Assembly: GCA_965644295.1 (NCBI GenBank) | Contig: CBFFRP010000557.1 | Span: 1-17,159, forward strand | Direction of reading: 5' to 3' | DNA length: 17,159 nt | Origin: Paraphysomonas bandaiensis | Taxonomy: Eukaryota > Protista > Chrysophyceae | Part shown: positions 8,105 through 17,159 of the stretch, piece by piece | How positions within the stretch are numbered: the stretch's first letter is position 1 | Layout: the number at the start of each line of letters is the position of its first letter | Position numbers and translations under genes: made by a program | Notes under the pieces: generated by a model | What the model saw: the letters and a program-made list of their open reading frames with translations, nothing else | What the model was told of the DNA's origin: nothing | Database searches by the model: none

Positions 8105-11100
8105 ATGCTGTCATTGATATTCAGAGCAGTGAAAGTGTGTGATATATCATCAGATTTTTCTCTCAATGTCGATAGAAATCACTGTGATCTTGTGTTATAC
8201 TGTACGCTATTTGATGAGGACCAGAAAGCGACTTGTAGGAATGTGTCACATGTCTTGAAGGCAAACGAAGTGAGTATTATCTGTTACAAGAGTAATGAAT
8301 TCATCGCGTATACAGGTGATATGGCCCGCTAATTCTAGGAGCACACTATCATGGCAATGTACTCCCTCGGATTTCCAAGACGTAAAGGCTGTTCAACCGA
8401 AAATCAAAGTTCATGTTGCTCTTGAGACTGATGGAACTATGGAAGAATGTGGGTTCTTCATTGTTGATCTGCGAAATATTTTTCATGAAGAGAGCATACA
8501 AGAGATTCCAATTATGAACATGCAGGGAGCTCGAATTCTACTGGCTGTACGCATAATAGACACTCCTGATCCTGTGCCTTCCAGCTTTGATGTACGGGGA
8601 TCACAAAACAGTTTGTCGTCAGTGCTCACTCTACCGTCCAAGTACGACCGCAATCCAATAAACACTCAACGTTATGCCCTTGAGGTCCATCTTCAGAAAT
8701 TTCGCAACATCAGTACAGCTTCTAATGATAGTCCAACGTTTTGGTTCTGCTGGTCAATACTAGATGTAACGATACAAAGCGAGGTATACAGTGCAGGAAA
8801 GGTGGAGCCTAGTAACGAGTGTTTATTTTTCGAATGCTCTGAAGAAGCTTTGACGAATTTCCTACGTGAGCTATCATGCCTGCGAATATTCTTCTGCATT
8901 CCAGGAAAAATTCTTAGCATGGCCGAAGTACCTCTCGTGGAGAATCATGATCATGTGTTGCCTGTATACCTGAATGGATGGTTTCCCCTCATTCGTATTG
9001 ATGGGGGCGAAATAGGAGATGAGAGAGATGGGGGTAGTCTCAGTGTTCAGATTAGTGTGCGACCTGGGGGCCAGGTGGACGGAATGGATGCCATCACAGG
9101 TGATCTTGATACCAGTAATGTTGGTGAGGACGAATCGCCATACGACAACGAATCTTTTCACGAAGACAGCGACGAAGACTATGCCCCTCCACCCCCACAA
9201 GAATCCGTAGAAGCCCCAACTCCACCACTACCCTCTGTTCCAGCTCCTGCAGAGAGCACTGATGACACTCTCTCGTCCCCATACGTGAGCAAAAAGTACC
9301 GCCTCTCTATACAGGTTAAAAGCATTCGAGGAATGTCTCGTGCTGGCCATGTATCCATACAGTTTTCTTACCCGTATTTGGGGTCCAGGGGATCACCGGT
9401 TCGCACACGGCCGATTTGGAATCCGGCCCACGCGGACACACCGATCGACGGAGCGGCGGCCACATTCGAGTTTGTCATGCTGCCTGCTCAGCTAGAGGCT
9501 ATTTTGAACAGTAACAAACTGGTAGTGCAACTACTCTCTCGGTCTCAACTAGGTATGGATAAAGTGGGAGATGGTACAGTAGCTTTGGATGTGATATTTA
9601 CATCCAAAGCACATGTGGAATACCGCTGCTCTTTGACAGGGAAGTTGTTCAAGACAATGGAACAGTATGTGAAACATAGACAGACTATGTTGGCTCTGTA
9701 TTCTCTGGGTCGAGTGAATGTAGTCCCACCTCGCCAGCCAGTGGTTCTTCGGTCTGCAGATATGTTCGTTCCAGTGGTTGCACTGGCGGATGAAACGTCC
9801 ACTCCCTCTAGAACCGTCGCAGAAGTTGGAAAGATGAGGACGGTGATAGTTCTTGAAGAACTGAGCCCAGGAGAAGAGGTTTATAAAGCGACTCCTAGTA
9901 TGATTCGTTCTGAGCGTAAACCCAAGTCTTCTGAAAAGGCAGTTTCTTCTCCCAGTCGAACTGCCTGTAGCCCACCTGCAGGTATTAGCAGCGAGGAGGA
10001 GCTGGATCTAATAAGAAGATTGGATTGGGAGGAGTGGCGGCGCCAAGCGGAAGTAGAGTGGAGCGCGGCTCTTCGTGAAAAGGAGGTAGCAATGCGTCGA
10101 AGGCTAGAAGAGGAATCAGCTGCAACTCTTGCCCAAAAAGCTGATGACCTCCGAAGGGCTCAGGAGGAAGTGGGCAGGCTGGAGGTGCGACTGAGAAGCA
10201 GCATTGACGTAGTTGAGAGACAAAAGGCCCAGCTTCAACTGAAGGAGGAGCAGATGAACATACGACTGGCACAGAAGACAGATGAGCTACAGTTACTTCA
10301 GAGGAAGGTCAGGGAAGAGGCCAAGGCTAGGGTTGATTCGGAATCACGGCGGGCAAGTGCCCTTGAGACACAGGTGAAATCTCTTACTGAGGCCGTATCG
10401 CGGGCGGAGAAGAGAGCATCTGATGCTGAACGCGACTACGAAAGCTATCGCCTGCATGTTCGGTCTATGCCTGAGACGGCTTTGAGGGAGGAAGCAGCAA
10501 AAGTAAAGTCACAAGTAGGTGAACTGCGAGCTGAGGTTGAGAGGGAACGCAGACTAAGGAGCGAGGTAGAGTTAGAGAAGGAGCACTACAGAGCGCAAAT
10601 GCAACGGATTGCCATCGCTCTGAAGAGGGAGAGGGAGAGAAGCTCAGCTGCGGCTAGACAGGAGCTAGAACAACTCAGATTAGAGTTCTTAGCGAGGGAA
10701 GAAAGGTGAGCTGCAAGCATGTCATGCTTGCAGATATTACAAGTGAAAACCAGTGACCCGCAGTTTGTTTCCTTAATATGTTGGTGTAGTATATAATCTA
10801 TTATACGCACGATTTCTGTATACGCAGTTTGTAATATGAACTTTTAGGTATATTCTGGACGGTGATAGAGACGAACTGAAAACTATTAGGGAAGAGCTCT
10901 CTGTCTTACGCATGATGAACTCCACCCAAAACGGAGGCAGTAAACCGACGTGGAGTACTGAGAGACAGCGTAGTACTACCTTCAATAGCTTCCAGACGAG
11001 ACGAAGTGTCGATAACGTTAGATTTTCTCGAGATCAACTGAATACATCAGATAAATTGAAGAGACTTCTCGAGACTAGAACCGAACTGTTGGAATCTGGA

Positions 11101-11211
11101 CTGTATAAGCCAGATGACTCAGTTATCCAGGAACTAGAAAACAGTATCATGCAAGAGAAAATTAATTTGTCTGAATCTAGTAAGATTGGTGGAAGTTCTG
11201 AGGTCAAATAG
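8105..11211 (+). CDS. CEP120: Centrosomal protein CEP120 homolog; exons 8105-8269, 8316-10705, 10848-11211 (972 aa)
   Basis: Two GT-AG introns join three ORFs in frame. N-terminal beta-rich C2-like domains (e.g. FSYPYLGSRGSPVRTRP) with an acidic/Pro linker, then a long coiled coil. The splice junction yields LEFLAREERYILDGDRDEL, and the C-terminus LKRLLETRTELLESGLYKPDDSVIQEL resembles the conserved CEP120 tail. Family call is from motif recognition. Confidence 0.85.
8270..8315 (+). other. CEP120 intron 1 (46 nt, phase 0)
   Basis: GTGAGT...TACAG. Removal joins ...KANE to VIWPANS in frame. Confidence 0.8.
10706..10847 (+). other. CEP120 intron 2 (142 nt, phase 2)
   Basis: AG|GTGAGC...CTTTTAG|G. 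Removal bypasses the TGA at 10707 and enters the frame of ORF 10912..11211. Confidence 0.85.
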
Positions 11212-11504
11212 TGCTCAACACGTTAGAAAATATAAATTTATAAACTTGTGTATATATATTGATAAGATATAGGTATTGTACCTCGTAGAATGCTTAGAGA
11301 TACTTTGAGTCACAACAATATAACCACCAGAAAACTTATTTCGCCATGCATTGACTGCTCTATTAGCTATAGAGTAAACTTTAAAAAACAAAGTCGTGAA
11401 TGCATGTATTATTAGTAATAGATGTTTAAGAGTCAGAACTAATGTAGCATTGCTAAAAGTACAAAGATAACATACATATTTTGCTGTCAAAGTTTGACAT
11501 AATA

Positions 11505-11803
11505 TGAGAAGTACTAACTTAACAACAGAAGGTACCTTATACTCAATGCTGAGAATTATAAATTATAATCAATATCTCTTATCATTCATCAATATCATGT
11601 TGTCTCCACTACCACTCATTTCTCGTACGACGATCTTACATCATCACTACAACTTGCATCGTCACTATATTCCGTTTTACCGCTATATGCTTATCGTCAT
11701 TCATTCTCACAATACGATTAACAAGACTACAACTGTATAATACAGTAATTTAAATACCTTATAACTACAGCTTTCAATTGCTCTCATATAGCAGAACTCA
11801 ACA
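11505..11803 (-). repeat. 3' LTR of copia B (start at 11803 firm; distal end 11598, ~11547 or ~11505)
   Basis: Minus strand reads GAGAGGGAG|TGTTGAG from the PPT. Several candidate CA ends: GACAACA at 11598, CTCAGCA at 11547, TTCTCA near 11505. Confidence 0.6.
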
Positions 11804-11812
11804 CTCCCTCTC
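11804..11812 (-). promoter_or_regulatory. Polypurine tract of copia B
   Basis: GAGAGGGAG on the minus strand immediately before TGTTG, about 185 nt after the pol stop. Confidence 0.8.
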
Positions 11813-11997
11813 AATTCAAAGCTGTAGATAGACTCTTCACATCACAAGACATAACTGACGGATACGCAACCACCGAAACCAAACTGGACAAACAGGTGGA
11901 CGTATGACTCCGACATTTCAGCTAGTCTCACTGCACAGTCAACTGATCACTTACGTCGTTTGAACGACTTTTCTCTAATAATCTCAACAGATGATTT

Positions 11998-12560
11998 TCA
12001 ATCCTCTCCTAGGCATCTCTTCCTGTGTTTCTCGAAAGTTACACCACACAACGATTTCGTGAATATGTCTGCTGTCTGATCATCAGTTCCAACGTGGTAC
12101 AATATGGCAGTGTTAAAGAGGCCATCTGGATCTACGTGTTCCCGAACCCAATGGTATTTGATCTCGATGTGTTTTGAACGCTTATGGAACACCGGATTCA
12201 ATGCTAAGTCACGAGCACTCTGGCTATCCAAGAAAAATGGTGTGGGTTCGCGTAGACGAAGTCCTAATTCGTCCAACACCCCCCGAAGCCATACCAGTTC
12301 TTGCATGCCAGCATACATAGCCTGATACTCACTTTGCATTGATGACGTTGAGACGGTAGCCTGTAAAATGGACTGCCAGATAAAAGTGGTCCACCGGCGG
12401 CAAATACTATGTATCCAGTCGTAGATCGGCGTGACACCACATCGCCAGCCCAGTCTGCATCAGTAAAGATATGCATGTCGAAGTGCTTACTACCGAACCG
12501 AATACCCTTTCGAAGTGTACCCCTAACGTACTGCAATAGGTAAGTCATTAAATAGTACAG
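11998..12560 (-). pseudogene. pol: Copia pol C-terminus (RT end plus RNase H), one frameshift near 12380
   Basis: LLQYVRGT, FTDADWAGDVVSRRSTTGY, then after the frameshift WQSILQATVSTSSMQSEY, LDSQSA, NPVFHKRSKHIEIKYHWVRE, DQTADIFTKSL: typical Ty1/copia RNase H. Confidence 0.92.
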
Positions 12561-12565
12561 GCATA

Positions 12566-15500
12566 CACCGCAAGACTCCTCCAACTTCATGCACAACTAC
12601 CACATTTAGACAACGGATCGTCTGCCATACTCCCTCCTGAGGTGGCAGCCAACAGACTAGCGGCCATCCATCACATAACCCTCCAGACGCCCGAGGCGAA
12701 GCGTCCTGCATGTACACATAGCACACACCTACACAGAACGTTGTCAGCGCACACGCTCAAGACAAAAGAATGAGCTTTTCCCCGGAAATGAGTAATACAG
12801 GAAGGAATGCTCATGGTTTGCGGATTATCCAAAGATGTTCAATTCTGCCGGATACAAACGGCATGGATGGCGCAGCCCCCCGGCAACCCACCCCCACCCA
12901 CGAAATCATCACTGCATGGTTCGCCCGTTGGGACTCCTATCCTGGGAGTTCTCAGGGTCACCTCAAAGGAGCATATGGGGCGTAGCTTCTGGTGCAGCCA
13001 CCGCAACGCGGACCCACGAGTAATCCTGGGTTGGAACGCAAAGCAAGCCACCAAGAAAAACCTTCTCCGAATTGCCTTGCGACTGAGAGGACTTCTTATG
13101 GAAGAGCCAGGACAGAAATGCAGACTAGACTCAAAACCGCACCAATCAGATGGAGGCACTGCTACAGCAGAAAAGACTTCAAGCAATTCTTCAGAAAATT
13201 GGTCTCAAGGTCAAAACACCACTCCGACTTACCACGGTGAAAACAACTGACGGACACATCCTCACAACGCCGCAAGCCATTCATGAAGGCATTAATGCGC
13301 ACTTCCGCGAACATTCTGCCAAACCTCCTGGGCTTGACCCTGTGGCACAACAGCTCCAGGATGACCCTACATGGTGGAAATCACTTCTTGATCCGGGCTC
13401 AGCGACGTGCCAGGAACCACTCCACCCCCGCTCGAAAATTCCTCTTCCCCTGGCACCAGGGGTTTAGCTGAGCCCTTTGTACCAAGACCACTCCGGCCAT
13501 GGCGTACTCAAATCTACTCTTGCAAAAGACATCACCCAGGATGAATTCTACTGCACACTTCACTCTCTCTCCTTCAACCGCGCGCCTGGTCCCTCAATGG
13601 TCTCCTCCAACATGGTCAAATCCACAACCACCGGTAGTTCAGCGAGAGGCTTACATCCTCACCAGATCTCTCTGGAAACATAAAACATGTGCCATTTGGT
13701 GGAGAGACAGGGTAATGTCTCCCATTCTCAAGAAACCAGAGGGAATCCTCCCTCACTAATCTCCGACCGATTGGTCTGCTTGAAGTCAGTAGGAAAATAT
13801 TAGCGAGGATAATCCCTGCTGGGAATTCTTACCGTATGGGAGGAACAGAAAGTTTTACGTCGTCAGCATGGTTATCGCTGGAGGAACGGGACGGACACAG
13901 CGATGCTACGGGTACTCGCGGCTGCAGGAAGAAGCAAGACAAAAGAGCTGACAACATATATGTACACTCTGGGACTTCAAAGAAGGCCTTCGACTCAGTA
14001 CGCCTAACCTCATGCGTCTCGCGTGGGCACGACTGGGCGTTCGGACGATGTAGTTGACTGGTTTGGCAACTTAGATGCCGGCGGTCTAACATTTCCTAAG
14101 ACACCATTCATGGCAAACAACATAGAGCCACGTTCTCTCCTTGACCTCCTATCCGCGGACAGCCACTTCATTGCACTATTCAGTCTGGGTTTCGAAGCCG
14201 AAAGGGTATCACCCAAGGGGGCACAGAATCCACATACGCCTGGGTGGCACTCTACGACCATCCTTCTCACGTGGCTGGACATTGAACTGTCAACAACGAG
14301 TCCAACGTTACCAGCTCTTCAACTCGACTCCGACTACCGGCGAAATAAAGATCTCCTTCGCGGATGATCTTAACACAATAGCTAAATCCCGCCCACGCTG
14401 CCCAACTCATTTTAACAAATATCACACGTTCTGCGTACTTTCGGGAATGGAACTCTCTATCCCCAAAGTAGTTTGCACAGTGTTTCAAATCCTACAGGAT
14501 TCCAGCAAGTCCTCCGACCCCATTGGCTACATCATTCTCTACGACTGGTCATACACCCAGTCCCCATCGCGCCTCCTGCAAGTCGATACACTACCTCAGG
14601 GCAGACCTTCCTCTCACAATCACCAGACAAGGCCTCCCATGACTGGTGTCTAAAATACCTGAAAGTCAGCACGATACCCCACCTAGGATTAAACAGGCCT
14701 CAGCCGGCTGTAAAATCTCATGGTGATCGAGACCCAAATCATGCAGGCTTTGCTCTATAGAGCCACCAAAGCTTCATGGCCGCTACACTGGTACAGAGAA
14801 ATTGACGCTGCTTGCACAGCCTCTACAGAAGGCCCTCAGTCTAGGCCTGGATACCCACGGAACTGATCCACCTCTCACTCAAGCACAACGGATTAGGTAT
14901 AAAACGTTTCTCAGACTCAGCGCAGGAGCAAAAATGGGGATCTCTACAGCACGCAATAACCCTCGGGGAGAAGCAGGTCAAGCAGCACATTTTCCTGCTC
15001 ACTCAGACAACAAGAGCCACGAGAAAAGCCCCAATACCACCACTGTGTTTATAGCCTCAGGGAATGGGGAACAGGTGGAGCCTTACCCTTCAGGAACCAC
15101 AGAGCCCCAGACCACAGGATGAACACATGCTGACCAACCTAAAACAAGAACTCGGCCTTAATGATGGCCAACCAGATACTTTCAAGGCTATCTTCACAGA
15201 TGGATCATACACAGCCAGTGCACTCTCCGCGTCGCCTCACTCATGTCAATCCGCGAACCCGATGGACACACCGAGGAGGTGCAGCGGTCGTCTACTTACC
15301 CCAGAAAATGCCTGGGAAGATGGTGGCTTCTGTGCTGACTAGATACACCCTTTCGTGACGTGCCCGGTTTGGACTCATGCACATGTGAACTCATAAGCTG
15401 GCAACCATGAGGCTTATACTCCTGACACGTATTCCCGAACACATAAGAAGCCACACAGACTGTCGGGCAGTGTGCACCCGCACTGAGGAAGCACTCTCCA

Positions 15501-17159
15501 CAAGACGCAGAGCTCTCGTCCCACCCCCATGCAAGGGTACTACTCAAGCATCGCAGCCAGCAGAATTGCAAACGACAGGCTGACCTGGGTGAGGTCTCAT
15601 CCCGAACGACGTACCACAGATGAAACGGAGTGGACGTTTGAGGACAAGGGCATCTATATTACGGACGCAGTTGCGGGTGAAGACTGGCATGAAGTCGATC
15701 GCATCCTTGGAAAAAATAACTACACTGTCTGTACAATTGCGATTGACAGTGCCATCGAACACTTACTAACTGCTGGATTATGGCACTGGCGTATGCACCA
15801 GTACAAGACAGCCATACTACTCTAGCCCACTCCTTACTAATTTCCAGGATCTCTACGACCTAAGGACACTTGAGAACTACACTTCAGCCAGAGATCAACG
15901 CTACAGACACAATCCTGATCAGGCGCCTGGCTACTGGACCAATAGCGGGTGCACACTCCCACCGCAAACTCAGCTCAAGCGGATGGCAGTGCATCCAAAG
16001 ACAAACTCAGCTCAAATCTACGCCAAAGAATACTCAACACGGCACTGACATGGGACAAATCTTTCTGCATAGGGAGGAACCGGGCCAAGACCAAACAGGG
16101 ACTTGACCTGACCAAAAGCCGCATGCTCTGACTGCGGGTTTCGACTAGATTCCCTAAAACATATGTGCCTCGGCTACACACATGAATCCATCACCCAAAT
16201 AAGGAAACACCACACATTTTCAATCGCATAAAAATGTATACGAAATGCAGAGAACTCAGACCTTACCCAACTGGATCACATCTGCACTACGGAGACTCTC
16301 CAGCAGAGCCTGGAATCCCTCCATCCCTGAGTCGAGAGATACTGGACTGGAACCATCGCGCAGCCCAACTGGAAACAGTCTTCGAAGATGCCATACACAA
16401 CCACCTGACGGCACAGTCTACCGGAACCTAGAAACAGCGGTTATTAATCTCCTGCAACCGCTTTACACTGCGGCAAGCTTATGCTACAGGATCGCGGTTG
16501 TCGCTATTATCACCCATGTCAAAAGGCCGCCCAGGCTACTCCCGAGACCCGTCCGAAACGCAGTCAGTCAAGACAACGTCCGAGAGTCCTTCGACTACTA
16601 GGGGTCCAACGAAGACCCCCCGCGGCGTATCCGACTCCAGACACACGTGCACACCTCACAGGTCCTACCCGACGACGCTGGGCTGCCCCAGACCTCCACA
16701 ACGCCGACGGCTTCGACAACTCTATCTACACCCGCGGCCCCACAGGAGCACAGTAACTCAGACCACAAACCCAACTTCTCCTCCCAACAATCCCCCACCA
16801 CTCTCAACCCACACATCTGGAACTAGGTGCACTCAGGACCCTAATCCAGAACGCTAAGCCCCCTCCCACAACCAATGGAGACCCATCCCAAAGGAGACCC
16901 CCAGATCAATAGCGCCGGCGAGTCCACGGACACACGATAAAGGCGAATTTCATATCACACAAAAAGAACGGAAGTGGTTGCACCTTTGGTGCTTGCGGCG
17001 ACGCACAAGCAGCTTTCGTAGCGTTAAATAGTAGGATAAAAGAGTTTGTATTGATTAGTTACGGGTAGTGGTCTAACTAGTATGACTAGCATTCTTCTAG
17101 CCACTAATTGATGCAAGGTCTCAACGCCTATTGCTAAATAATCAGACATTCACTACTAA
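12566..17159 (+). mobile_element. Non-LTR (LINE-like) retrotransposon with RNase H, copy 2, 5'-truncated and heavily frameshifted
   Basis: Motifs colinear with copy 1 across frames: APGPS (~13582), LRPIGLLEVSRKI (~13760), QHGYR, KKAFDS (~13980), FADD (14357-14368), IFTDGS (~15190), WVRSHPERRT (~15586), WDKSFCIGRNRAK (~16051), PKG-RPPD-like end (~16890-16910), conserved 3' UTR. No endonuclease domain recognised. Confidence 0.88.
16968..17152 (+). other. Conserved structured 3' UTR element of LINE copy 2
   Basis: Core GGTTGCACCTTTGGTGCTTGCGGCGACGCACAAGCAG (16976-17012), closing stem ACGGAAG/CTTTCGT, second stem GCGTT (17021-17025)/AACGC (17123-17127), motif AATAATCAGACATTCA (17137-17152). Confidence 0.65.

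Larger units (their letters stand above)
11505..12565 (-). mobile_element. Ty1/copia LTR retrotransposon B, 3' fragment (RT end, RNase H, PPT, 3' LTR)
   Basis: Copia RNase H motifs followed by a PPT and TGTTG on the minus strand. Both outer boundaries are approximate. Its LTR does not visibly match LTR A. Confidence 0.88.

Noticed and set aside
8295-10709. The 804-aa ORF as a complete protein, with 8105..8332 and 10912..11211 as separate genes
   Set aside because: Canonical introns join all three in frame into one CEP120.
11485-11499. TGTCAAA-G-TTTGACA palindrome near the distal end of LTR B
   Set aside because: A 7-bp inverted repeat in AT-rich DNA is insufficient alone to call a footprint or binding site.
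1-12565. Copia A and copia B as two halves of one element, or their LTRs as a pair
   Set aside because: They are in opposite orientations, and the LTRs share only a short TGAAAGCT word.

Overview
Eukaryotic genomic DNA (standard code, short GT-AG introns, a centriole gene; a flagellated protist, possibly a stramenopile, which is inference only). A compact ~5 kb island of host genes (a histidine-phosphatase-superfamily gene on -, tRNA-Gln(UUG), and a three-exon CEP120 on +) sits between two retroelement composites with the same architecture. Left: a Ty1/copia element (LTR, gag, protease, integrase) is cut just after the integrase catalytic Glu and joined in frame to a 5'-truncated non-LTR (LINE-like) element encoding RT, RNase H and a CCHC finger. 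Right: the 3' end of an apparently different copia element (RT end, RNase H, PPT, LTR on -) abuts a second, diverged and heavily frameshifted 5'-truncated LINE of the same type. The most interesting signals are (i) a structured 3' UTR RNA element conserved between the two LINEs with compensatory base changes, (ii) a copia primer-binding-site position that matches no tRNA 3' end but is complementary to its own LTR (candidate self-priming), (iii) the in-frame copia-integrase/LINE-RT chimera, and (iv) both LINE 5' junctions lying within copia pol. All alignments were done by eye and no database searches were run.
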